From Candidatus Saccharimonadota bacterium (GTDB lineage Bacteria; Pseudomonadota; Gammaproteobacteria; Burkholderiales; Burkholderiaceae): 32,000 bases of DNA. Shown here in pieces: positions 10,110 to 18,868 of the stretch. The stretch spans positions 60,001-92,000 of the forward strand of contig NZ_AP023215.1 of assembly GCF_016593155.1 (NCBI RefSeq). The letters are read 5' to 3'. The notes below the pieces were generated by a model. It saw nothing but the letters and a program-made list of their open reading frames with translations, was not told the DNA's origin and ran no database searches. How positions within the stretch are numbered: position 1 is the stretch's first letter; each line of letters opens with the position of its first letter. Position numbers and translations under genes: made by a program.

Positions 10110-12818
10110 TTAATTTAATAGTTCACGCAATACAAATGGTAAAATACCATCATTTTTATAATATTTAATTTCCATTGGAGTATCGATACGCAATAATAAT
10201 TTTATTTTTTTTATTTCTTTTCTATTTTTTCGATAAATAATAAAATCTACTTCTTGTAATGGTTTAATATTTTTTGAAATTCCTTTTAAATCAAAATACT
10301 CATTACCTGTAATATTTAAAGATTGTACACTATCATTATTTAAAAACTGTAATGGTAATACACCCATTCCTATTAAATTTGCACGATGAATACGTTCAAA
10401 GGAACGAGCAATTACCATTTTTACTCCTAATAATTTAGTTCCTTTAGCCGCCCAATCACGTGATGATCCTGTTCCATATTCTTTACCCGCAAATATTATA
10501 GTAGAAATATTATTAGAAATATACTTCATGGCAGCATCATAAATTGACATTTTTTCACCGCTAGGTTGATAATATGTAAATCCACCTTCGATTTGTTTAC
10601 TATTTTTACCCAAAGAAGTTATTAAATTTTTTATACGTTTATTGGAAAAAGTACCCCGAATCATAACTTCGTGATTTCCGCGACGAGAACCATAAGAATT
10701 AAATTCATTTTTTAAAACACCGTTATTAATTAACCATTTTCCTGCCGGACTAAATTCTTCAATTAATCCTGCTGGAGAAATATGATCAGTAGTTATAGAA
10801 TCACCCAAGATACATAATGCTCTTGCTCCCTTAATTTCCTCTGAAAAAGATTCAAAATTTAATTTAAAATTATTGAAAAATGGAGGTTTAGAGATATATG
10901 TTGAAATCGGCCAATCATAAATATCATCAATTACAATATCAGTAATATTGTTCCATAATTTTCCAGGATTATTTTTAATATTTTTATAATTAAAATAGAA
11001 TAAATTTCTATTTAATGTAAACTTTTCTAAAGAATTAATTTCCTGACTAGATGGCCAAATATCATTTAAATAAATATTTTTACCATTTTTATTTCTTCCT
11101 AATGGTTCTATTGTAATATCTATTAATATATTTCCAGCAATAGCATAAGCTATTACTAATGGAGGAGAAGCTAAAAAATTTGCATAAATACTTGGATGAA
11201 TCCGTGCTTCAAAATTTCGATTTCCTGATAATATAGATGATGCTATTATATTATTATTAATAATAATTTCTTCTATTTGAGATTTAATTTTTCCAGAGTT
11301 TCCAATACAAGTAGCGCAACCATAAGCAACAATATTAAAACCTAATTTTTCTAAATATAAAAGTAAACCAGAATTATTTAAATATTCAGTTACTACTCTA
11401 GATCCTGGAGTAAGTGATGTTTTTATTTTTGGTGAAATTTCTAAACCTGATTCTACTGCTTTTTTGGCTAATAAACCAGAAGCTAACATTAAATTAGAAT
11501 TTGATGTATTGGTGCATGAAGTAATTGCAGCAATTAATATATCTCCATTTTTAATTTTAATACCATCTTGAGTAGTATATATTTTATTTAATTCATTAAT
11601 ATTTTTATTAAAACCATTTTTTGAAGTTGGTTTAATTAATAATTCAGTAAATTTTTTTTTAACATCCTTTAATTTAATAAGATCTTGTGGACGCTTAGGA
11701 CCAGATAATGATGGTAACACATTATCAAGATTTAATGTTATAATATCTGTATAATCTATTTCTCCTATTTTTGGAATACCAAATAATTTTTGAGATCGAA
11801 AATAACTTTCGAATGCGTTAATTTCTAAATTATTACGACCGGTATTATAAAGATAATTAACAGTCATTTTATCTATCGGAAAAAATCCAATTGTAGAACC
11901 ATATTCTGGGGCCATATTACTAATAGTTGCTCTATCAGTTAATAATAAAGATTTTACACCATCTCCAAAAAATTCTACAAATTTTCCAACTACCTTTTTT
12001 TTTCTAAGTAATTTAGTAATTGTAAGCACAAGATCTGTTGCTGTTACTCCCTCATTTAATTTACCTATTAAATTAACCCCTATTACATCTGGTATTAAAA
12101 AATAAATTGGTTGACCTAGCATCCCCGCCTCCGCTTCAATTCCACCAACTCCCCAACCAACTACACCCATACTATTAATCATAGTAGTATGAGAATCAGT
12201 TCCAACAATTATATCCGGATAATAAATATTATTTTTATTTAATACCCCACGAGACAAATACTCTAAATTAATTTGATGCACAATCCCAAATCCAGGTGGT
12301 ATTACATTAAATTTATTAAAAGCCTGCATACCCCACTTTATAAATTGATATCGTTCCTTATTACGTTTAAATTCTAATTGCATATTTAAATCTAAAGCTT
12401 TTTTTTCTCCAAAAAAATCAACTTGAACAGAATGATCAATTATTAAATCTACAGGAACTAATGGTTCAATTTTTTTAGGATTTTTATTTATTTTTTTAGA
12501 AATACTACGCATCGCAGCTAAATCCGTTAAAAGTGGTATACCTGTAAAATCCTGTAATAAAATACGTGTAACTATTAATGGTAATTCTTTTATTCTTAAA
12601 TCTTGAGGTTTCCAATTCATTAACTCATAAATATATTCTTCAGTAATTTTTTTGCAATCATAATTACGTATTATTGATTCCAATATAATTCTAATTGATA
12701 TAGGTAAACGAGAAATATTAATATCAAATTTTTCTTCTAAAGCGGGTAATGAGTAAAATTTACCCTTTTTATTCTCAAAAATTTTAAATTCTTTTAAGAT
12801 AGTTTTTTTATGAAACAT
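10110..12818 (-). CDS. acnA: Aconitate hydratase A
   Basis: 902 aa with aconitase family motifs and Fe-S ligand regions: VGTDSHTTMIN, ITSCTNTSN, CATCIGNSG, GSRRGNHEVMIRGTF and AGKEYGTGSSRDWAAKG. Its length fits AcnA/IRP-type enzymes. Confidence 0.93.
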   Translation of the reverse strand: MFHKKTILKEFKIFENKKGKFYSLPALEEKFDINISRLPISIRIILESIIRNYDCKKITEEYIYELMNWKPQDLRIKELPLIVTRILLQDFTGIPLLTDLAAMRSISKKINKNPKKIEPLVPVDLIIDHSVQVDFFGEKKALDLNMQLEFKRNKERYQFIKWGMQAFNKFNVIPPGFGIVHQINLEYLSRGVLNKNNIYYPDIIVGTDSHTTMINSMGVVGWGVGGIEAEAGMLGQPIYFLIPDVIGVNLIGKLNEGVTATDLVLTITKLLRKKKVVGKFVEFFGDGVKSLLLTDRATISNMAPEYGSTIGFFPIDKMTVNYLYNTGRNNLEINAFESYFRSQKLFGIPKIGEIDYTDIITLNLDNVLPSLSGPKRPQDLIKLKDVKKKFTELLIKPTSKNGFNKNINELNKIYTTQDGIKIKNGDILIAAITSCTNTSNSNLMLASGLLAKKAVESGLEISPKIKTSLTPGSRVVTEYLNNSGLLLYLEKLGFNIVAYGCATCIGNSGKIKSQIEEIIINNNIIASSILSGNRNFEARIHPSIYANFLASPPLVIAYAIAGNILIDITIEPLGRNKNGKNIYLNDIWPSSQEINSLEKFTLNRNLFYFNYKNIKNNPGKLWNNITDIVIDDIYDWPISTYISKPPFFNNFKLNFESFSEEIKGARALCILGDSITTDHISPAGLIEEFSPAGKWLINNGVLKNEFNSYGSRRGNHEVMIRGTFSNKRIKNLITSLGKNSKQIEGGFTYYQPSGEKMSIYDAAMKYISNNISTIIFAGKEYGTGSSRDWAAKGTKLLGVKMVIARSFERIHRANLIGMGVLPLQFLNNDSVQSLNITGNEYFDLKGISKNIKPLQEVDFIIYRKNRKEIKKIKLLLRIDTPMEIKYYKNDGILPFVLRELLN

Positions 12819-12858
12819 AATAACTTTCTATTCACATTTAATAAAATGATTTTAAAAA

Positions 12859-13848
12859 TTATCGCATAAGATGATTAATACCACAAATTTCATTTTTTAA
12901 TTCCTCAATAGAAAGATTAATTTTTTTTTGAGAAAATTTATCAATTTTTAAATCTTGAATAATCTTATATTTACTATTTTTAGTTTTTACCGGAAAACCA
13001 AATATTATATCTTTAGGTATATTATATGAGCCATCTGAAGGAATTCCCATTGTTACCCAATTATTTGTTCCAAAAATCCAATCTTTTATATGATCTATAG
13101 CCGCTGATGCGGCTGATGCAGCTGATGATACCCCTCTAATAGAAATAATTTCTTCTCCTCGTCTACTGATAGCGGGCAAAAAAACATTTTTATTCCAATA
13201 AGAGTTATTATTAATAATATTTTTAATAAGTACCCCATTAACTGTTGCATAACGATAATCAGCGTACATAGATAATGAATGATTACCCCAAACAAATACT
13301 TTTTTAATGGATGATACAGGCTCATTTAATTTAGATGCTAATTTTGCTATTGCTCGATTATGATCAAGACGCAACATAGCTGTAAAATTTTTATAAGATA
13401 AATCTGGGGCTGATTTCATTGTAATATATGTATTAGTATTAACTGGATTTCCAACAACTAAAACCTTAACATCACGTGAAGCAACGGAATTTAATGCCTT
13501 TCCTTGTTCAATAAAAATAGGAGAATTAATAGCTAATAACTCAGAACGTTTCATATTACTTCCTCTAGGAAGGGAGCCAATTAATATAGCAATATTTGCA
13601 TCTTTAAAGGCTGTTATTGGATTTTTATGAGCACTAACATCCATTAATAATGGAAAAACACAATCTTCAATTTCCATAATTACACCTTTAATCGCTTTTT
13701 GTGATTTTTTATTTGACGCCTCAAGTAATTGTAAAATTATTGGCTGATCTTTACCTAAAAGATCCCCATTAGCAATACGAAATATAATACTATAACCAAT
13801 TTGACCAGCTGCGCCTGTAATAGAAATTCGTACTGGTTTTTTAAGCAT
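12859..13848 (-). CDS. mdh: Malate dehydrogenase (LDH-like, about 329 aa type)
   Basis: Rossmann N-terminus [16 protein letters not shown], then [23 protein letters not shown] and [20 protein letters not shown], typical of the cytosolic-type bacterial MDH. The SD GGAG lies 8 nt upstream on the minus strand. Confidence 0.92.
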   Translation of the reverse strand: MLKKPVRISITGAAGQIGYSIIFRIANGDLLGKDQPIILQLLEASNKKSQKAIKGVIMEIEDCVFPLLMDVSAHKNPITAFKDANIAILIGSLPRGSNMKRSELLAINSPIFIEQGKALNSVASRDVKVLVVGNPVNTNTYITMKSAPDLSYKNFTAMLRLDHNRAIAKLASKLNEPVSSIKKVFVWGNHSLSMYADYRYATVNGVLIKNIINNNSYWNKNVFLPAISRRGEEIISIRGVSSAASAASAAIDHIKDWIFGTNNWVTMGIPSDGSYNIPKDIIFGFPVKTKNSKYKIIQDLKIDKFSQKKINLSIEELKNEICGINHLMR

Positions 13849-13962
13849 ATATAAATCTCCAAAATTAAAAATTTTAAAATATTATTAATTTCATAAAATT
13901 ATTAATATAATTAATTATGTTCACATAAAGTTAAAAACAAACATCTCAAAAGGATTTTAACA

Positions 13963-14376
13963 ATGAATAAAATAAATAAACTTAAAAATCAAAAAAAATA
14001 TAAAAATATAAATATATTTCAAATTATTAATTATCGTTTACCCCCCAGTGGGATTGTATCAATAATGCATCGTATCAGTGGATTATTTATATTTTTTTTA
14101 TTACCTTTTATTTTATATTTATTAGATCAAAGTTTAAATTCAAAAAATTCATATGAAATTTTTAAAAAATTTACATCGAATTTTTTTTTTAAAATTTTAA
14201 TTTTAACATTAATCTGGTTATATTTAAATCACTTTTTTTCCGGTATCCGTCATTTAATTATGGATTTAAATATTGGTTTAGATAAAAATATTTCAAACAA
14301 ATCAGCTATTTTTATATTAATAATAAATTTATCTTTAATATTAATTATAACACTAAAATTTTTTGGAGTAATATAA
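13963..14376 (+). CDS. sdhC: Succinate dehydrogenase cytochrome b556 subunit
   Basis: 137 aa hydrophobic protein with 3 predicted TM segments and the SIMHRISG heme/quinone motif. It is the first gene of the sdhCDAB order. Confidence 0.85.
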   Translation: MNKINKLKNQKKYKNINIFQIINYRLPPSGIVSIMHRISGLFIFFLLPFILYLLDQSLNSKNSYEIFKKFTSNFFFKILILTLIWLYLNHFFSGIRHLIMDLNIGLDKNISNKSAIFILIINLSLILIITLKFFGVI

Positions 14377-14378
14377 TA

Positions 14379-14747
14379 ATGAATAGCGATAACAATATTA
14401 AATCAAAAAATAAATTTTTTAACGCCCATTATGGTGCACGTGATTGGTTGGCTCAACGTATAACTGCAGTTATAATGGTAATTTATACAATAATTCTGTT
14501 ATTTTTTTTATTAACTACTACTAATTTTAGTTATGAAAATTGGTCTAATTTATTTCAGTATAAATGGTTTAAAATAATTAGCTTTTCTGTTTTAATTTGT
14601 TTATTTTATCATGCATGGATTGGTATACGTGATATATTAATGGATTACGTAAAATCAGTTATTATTAAATTAATATTATATATTTTTAGTATTTTATGGT
14701 TAATTAATTGTGCTAATTGGGCAATACAAATATTATGGAGAATATAA
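14379..14747 (+). CDS. sdhD: Succinate dehydrogenase hydrophobic membrane anchor subunit
   Basis: 122 aa hydrophobic protein containing RDWLAQRITA and FYHAWIGIRDILMDY (heme-ligand His context). It starts 2 nt after the sdhC stop. Confidence 0.85.
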   Translation: MNSDNNIKSKNKFFNAHYGARDWLAQRITAVIMVIYTIILLFFLLTTTNFSYENWSNLFQYKWFKIISFSVLICLFYHAWIGIRDILMDYVKSVIIKLILYIFSILWLINCANWAIQILWRI

Positions 14748-16522
14748 TGATTTTTAATAAATCTATTATTACAAATCATCGTTTTGATGTATTAATAATT
14801 GGCGCAGGAGGATCCGGTATGCGGGCCTCACTGCAGTTAGCGCAAAAAGATTTAAATGTCGCAGTTTTATCTAAGGTTTTTCCTACTCGTTCACATACAG
14901 TTGCCGCTCAAGGGGGGATTAGTGCTTCGTTAGGTAATATGTCAAAAGATAATTGGCATTGGCATATGTTTGATACTATTAAAGGATCTGATTATCTTGG
15001 GGATCAAGATGCTATTGAGTTTATGTGTAAAGAAGCACCAAAAGTTGTATATGAATTAGAACATTTTGGTATGCCATTTGATCGAAATAAAAATGGTACA
15101 ATTTATCAAAGACCATTTGGTGGACATTCAGCTAATTTTGGAGAAAAACCTATAGCTCGCGCTTGCGCTGTGGCAGATCGTACTGGTCATTCTCTTTTAC
15201 ATACATTATATCAACGTAATTTACATGCTAAAACTAATTTTTTTATCGAATGGATGGCTATTGATTTAATTAGTAATTCCGAGGGTGATATTTTAGGGGT
15301 TGTTGCATTAGAAATAGAAACTGGTAATATAATGATATTGGAATCTAAAATAACAATTTTAGCTACAGGAGGAGGAGGTCGTATTTGGGCGGCTTCTACT
15401 AATGCTTTTATAAATACTGGTGATGGAATTGGTATGGCAGCACGAGCGGGATTACCTCTTGAGGATATGGAATTTTGGCAATTTCATCCGACTGGAGTTG
15501 CAGGTGCCGGAGTTTTAATTACAGAAGGTGTTCGAGGTGAAGGTGGAATTTTAATTAACTCTAATGGTGAACGTTTTATGGAACGTTATGCGCCTATTTT
15601 AAAGGATCTTGCCCCTCGTGATTTTGTATCCCGAGCAATGGATCAAGAAATTAAAGAAGGACGCGGTTGTGGACCAAATAAAGATCATGTAATGTTAGAT
15701 TTAAGACATATTAATTCCGAAACAATTATAAATCGTCTACCATCAATTTTAGATATTGGACATAAATTTGCAAATGTAAATGCATTAAAAGAACCTATTC
15801 CAGTTATACCAACTATTCATTATCAAATGGGTGGTATTCCAACTAATATTTATGGCCAAGTTATAATACCTAAAAACAATGATAATGAAATTGTTAACGG
15901 TTTATATGCAATTGGTGAATGTGCTTGCGTATCCGTACACGGAGCCAATAGACTTGGAACTAATTCATTACTCGATTTATTAGTATTTGGTCGTTCTGCT
16001 GGTAATCATATCCTTAGCTTAAAACTTAAAAATTTCCATAATAAAAAACTTCCTTTTAATACTATTGACGCTATTATTGGTCGTTTATCAAAATTAGAAA
16101 ATAATAAAGGATCTGAGCGTGTTCAAGATGTAGCTAATGATATTCGCCAAACTATGCAAAATTATTGTGGTGTATTTCGAACAGATGAATTAATGAAAAA
16201 TGGTTATAAAAAAATTATGATTTTAGACGAAAGACGTAAATATATTTCTTTTAAAGATAAATCTACAGTTTTTAATACTGCTAGAATTGAAGCACTAGAA
16301 TTAGATAATTTAATTGAAACAGCTAAAGCCACTATTTCTGCAGCTTTCTCTCGCAAAGAATCTCGTGGCGCTCACGCGCATAATGATTTTAAAAATCGAG
16401 ATGATATTAATTGGTTAAAACATTCAATTTGGTATTCTAATGGAAATCGAATTGAATTTAAATCAGTTAATTTAAAACCTTTAACAGTTAAAACTTTTCA
16501 TCCTAAAGTACGTACTTTTTAA
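14747..16522 (+). CDS. sdhA: Succinate dehydrogenase flavoprotein subunit
   Basis: Motifs: FDVLIIGAGGSGMRA (FAD binding), RSHTVAAQGG (histidyl-FAD site), FHPTG, RGEGG, HYQMGGI and SRGAHA. In-frame ATGs occur at 14717, 14735 and 14747. I prefer 14747 because it has GGAG 6 nt upstream, forms a TAATG overlap with the sdhD stop, and gives an N-terminal length matching homologues. Confidence 0.9.
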   Translation: MIFNKSIITNHRFDVLIIGAGGSGMRASLQLAQKDLNVAVLSKVFPTRSHTVAAQGGISASLGNMSKDNWHWHMFDTIKGSDYLGDQDAIEFMCKEAPKVVYELEHFGMPFDRNKNGTIYQRPFGGHSANFGEKPIARACAVADRTGHSLLHTLYQRNLHAKTNFFIEWMAIDLISNSEGDILGVVALEIETGNIMILESKITILATGGGGRIWAASTNAFINTGDGIGMAARAGLPLEDMEFWQFHPTGVAGAGVLITEGVRGEGGILINSNGERFMERYAPILKDLAPRDFVSRAMDQEIKEGRGCGPNKDHVMLDLRHINSETIINRLPSILDIGHKFANVNALKEPIPVIPTIHYQMGGIPTNIYGQVIIPKNNDNEIVNGLYAIGECACVSVHGANRLGTNSLLDLLVFGRSAGNHILSLKLKNFHNKKLPFNTIDAIIGRLSKLENNKGSERVQDVANDIRQTMQNYCGVFRTDELMKNGYKKIMILDERRKYISFKDKSTVFNTARIEALELDNLIETAKATISAAFSRKESRGAHAHNDFKNRDDINWLKHSIWYSNGNRIEFKSVNLKPLTVKTFHPKVRTF

Positions 16523-16533
16523 TAAAAAATAAT

Positions 16534-17244
16534 ATGAAACGCATAATTAAATTTAAAATTTATCGCTATAATCCAGATTATGATATAAAACCTTATATAC
16601 AAAAATTTTTAGTTCATTTATCATCAAATGATAAAATGTTATTAGATGCATTACAGCGTATTAAATATGATATTGATGATTCATTAACATTACGTCGTTC
16701 TTGTAGGGAGGGTGTCTGCGGTTCAGATGCAATGAATATTAATGGAAAAAATGGATTAGCTTGTATTACAAATTTAAATGAATTAAAACAGCCAATTATA
16801 ATACGACCATTACCAGGATTACCTGTTATTCGTGATTTAGTTGTTGATATGACATTATTTTTTAAACAATTTAATTCAATTAAACCATTTTTAATTACAA
16901 ATAATAATCCTCCTGAAAAAGAACGATTACAATCTCCTGAACAACGTAAAATTCTTGATGGTTTATATGAGTGTATATTATGTGGATGCTGCTCTACGGC
17001 GTGTCCTTCATTTTGGTGGAATTCTGATAAATTTGTTGGGCCAGCTGGATTATTACAGGCTTATCGTTTTATTTCTGATAATCGCGATGAAGCTACTAAT
17101 TTTCGTTTAGATAATTTAGAAGATCCATATCGTTTATTTCGCTGTCGCTCTATAATGAATTGCGTAGATACATGCCCAAAAGGATTAAATCCCAATCGCT
17201 CAATTAATAAAATTAAAGAATTGATGATTTATAGAATAATATAA
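16534..17244 (+). CDS. sdhB: Succinate dehydrogenase iron-sulfur subunit
   Basis: 236 aa with three Fe-S cluster cysteine groups: SCREGVCGSDAMNING, CILCGCCSTACPS and CRSIMNCVDTCPK. Confidence 0.95.
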   Translation: MKRIIKFKIYRYNPDYDIKPYIQKFLVHLSSNDKMLLDALQRIKYDIDDSLTLRRSCREGVCGSDAMNINGKNGLACITNLNELKQPIIIRPLPGLPVIRDLVVDMTLFFKQFNSIKPFLITNNNPPEKERLQSPEQRKILDGLYECILCGCCSTACPSFWWNSDKFVGPAGLLQAYRFISDNRDEATNFRLDNLEDPYRLFRCRSIMNCVDTCPKGLNPNRSINKIKELMIYRII

Positions 17245-17390
17245 TAATAAATATTAAAAATATTTTTAATAAAAAATTCTACATAAAATTTAATAAAAAT
17301 TTTATTAATATAATTTTATTGATATAAAATAATTATAAAATTTAAATTGTTGTTAATTTAATTTTTTAATTATTTTAAAAATAAATATAT

Positions 17391-17430
17391 ATATGTTGTT
17401 AATTAATATTATATGTTGTTAATTAATATT
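17391..17430. repeat. Perfect 20-bp tandem duplication (ATATGTTGTTAATTAATATT x2) 24 bp upstream of the gltA ATG; third copy of the 11-bp core TGTTGTTAATT at 17348-17358
   Basis: Read directly: 17391-17410 and 17411-17430 are identical. The core recurs at 17348-17358, 17394-17404 and 17414-17424. Confidence 0.9.
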
Positions 17431-17453
17431 TTATTTATTTAAAAAAGGAAAAT

Positions 17454-18746
17454 ATGCCTATTTCTGATAGTAAAGTTACTTTATCATTTTCAGATGGCAC
17501 TCCGTCATTAAAATTCCCAATTTATAAAGGAACTATTGGACCTGACGTAATTGATATACAAAATTTTTATAAAATATCTGGAAAATTTATTTATGACCCA
17601 GGATTTATGTCAACTGCGTCATGTAATTCTGCAATTACATATATTGATGGTAATATTGGTGAATTATTATACAGAGGATATCCAATTGAGCAACTTGCAA
17701 ATAACTGCAATTTTATGGAAATTTGTTATTTATTATTATATGGTGAATTACCAAATAAAACACAAAATAATAAATTTACACAAACTATAACAGAACATAC
17801 TATGGTTGATAAAAAAATATTTTCATTTTTTCATGGTTTTTCTCGAAACGCTCATCCAATGGCTATATTAACTAGTTTAGTTAGCGCATTACCCACTTTT
17901 TATAACGATTCTTTATCCATTAATGATCCTTATTATCGTGAAATATCTACAATTCGAATAATTGCTAAATTACCAACTTTAATAGCTATGATTTATAAAT
18001 TTAATGTAGGTAAACCATTTATTTACCCCTCTAATAATTTTAAATATTGCGATAATTTTATATATATGATGTTTTCAAATACATGCAAAAAATATAAAAT
18101 TAATAAAATTCTCACAAAGGCATTAGATAAAATTTTAATTTTACATGCCGATCACGAACAAAATGCATCTACATCCACTGTTCGTCTTGTTGGTTCTTCT
18201 GGTGCCAATCCATTTTCTTGTATTGCTGCCGGCATCGCTTGTCTTTGGGGGCCTTTACATGGTGGGGCAAATGAAGCTGTACTAAATATGCTTAAAAAAA
18301 TTGATAAAACTGAAAATATTTCTAAATTTATAAAAAAAATTAAGAATAAATCATCTAATATAAAACTAATGGGATTTGGACATAGAATTTATAAAAATTA
18401 TGATCCTAGAGCTAAAATTATACGTAATATTTGTTATAAGGTTCTTAATGAACTTAATTTATTAAATAAATCATTGTTTAAATTGGCTATAAAATTAGAA
18501 AAAATAGCATTAGAAGATGATTATTTTGTGTCCCGTAAATTATATCCAAATGTAGATTTTTATTCCGGAATTATACAACAAGCACTCGGGATTCCAACAT
18601 CTATGTTTACTTGTATTTTTGCGATGGCACGTGCTGCGGGCTGGGCTGCACAATGGAATGAAATGATATCTGATCCAAATAAAAAAATCGGTCGTCCTAG
18701 ACAATTATTTGTTGGATCACCTAAAAGAAGTTTAAACTATAAATAA
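17454..18746 (+). CDS. gltA: Citrate synthase (type II)
   Basis: 430 aa containing FIYDPGFMSTASC, LILHADHEQNASTSTVR, GPLHGGANE and GFGHRIYKNYDPRA. The SD AAGGAA lies at 17446-17451. Confidence 0.95.
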   Translation: MPISDSKVTLSFSDGTPSLKFPIYKGTIGPDVIDIQNFYKISGKFIYDPGFMSTASCNSAITYIDGNIGELLYRGYPIEQLANNCNFMEICYLLLYGELPNKTQNNKFTQTITEHTMVDKKIFSFFHGFSRNAHPMAILTSLVSALPTFYNDSLSINDPYYREISTIRIIAKLPTLIAMIYKFNVGKPFIYPSNNFKYCDNFIYMMFSNTCKKYKINKILTKALDKILILHADHEQNASTSTVRLVGSSGANPFSCIAAGIACLWGPLHGGANEAVLNMLKKIDKTENISKFIKKIKNKSSNIKLMGFGHRIYKNYDPRAKIIRNICYKVLNELNLLNKSLFKLAIKLEKIALEDDYFVSRKLYPNVDFYSGIIQQALGIPTSMFTCIFAMARAAGWAAQWNEMISDPNKKIGRPRQLFVGSPKRSLNYK

Positions 18747-18771
18747 AAATTTTTAATTGTGTATATTATTA

Positions 18772-18798
18772 TGCCCAGTTATACACTGGGCAGTTTTT
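18772..18798 (+). terminator. Rho-independent terminator downstream of gltA
   Basis: An 8-bp GC-rich stem, TGCCCAGT (18772-18779) pairing with ACTGGGCA (18785-18792), has a 5-nt loop TATAC, then G and T5 (18794-18798). It lies 26 nt after the gltA stop and is the only GC-rich hairpin I found in any spacer. Confidence 0.65.
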
Positions 18799-18868
18799 AA
18801 AAATTATTTAATTGTAAAAAAATTACATAATTTAATTCATCTCGTAAAATATAAAATAGGTAAGTAAA

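Noticed and set aside
13103-13129. 9-bp periodic repeat GCTGATGCG/GCTGATGCA/GCTGATGAT
   Set aside because: It lies inside mdh and encodes, on the minus strand, the conserved [13 protein letters not shown] motif of LDH-like malate dehydrogenases. The periodicity comes from the Ser-Ala-Ala protein repeat, not from a DNA-level element.
13095-13325. 76-aa minus-strand ORF
   Set aside because: It is an out-of-frame overlap inside mdh on the same strand. The mdh frame carries the conserved motifs, and this one has none.
17551-17790. 79-aa plus-strand ORF
   Set aside because: It is an alternative frame inside gltA, with no motif and composition typical of an AT-rich shadow ORF.
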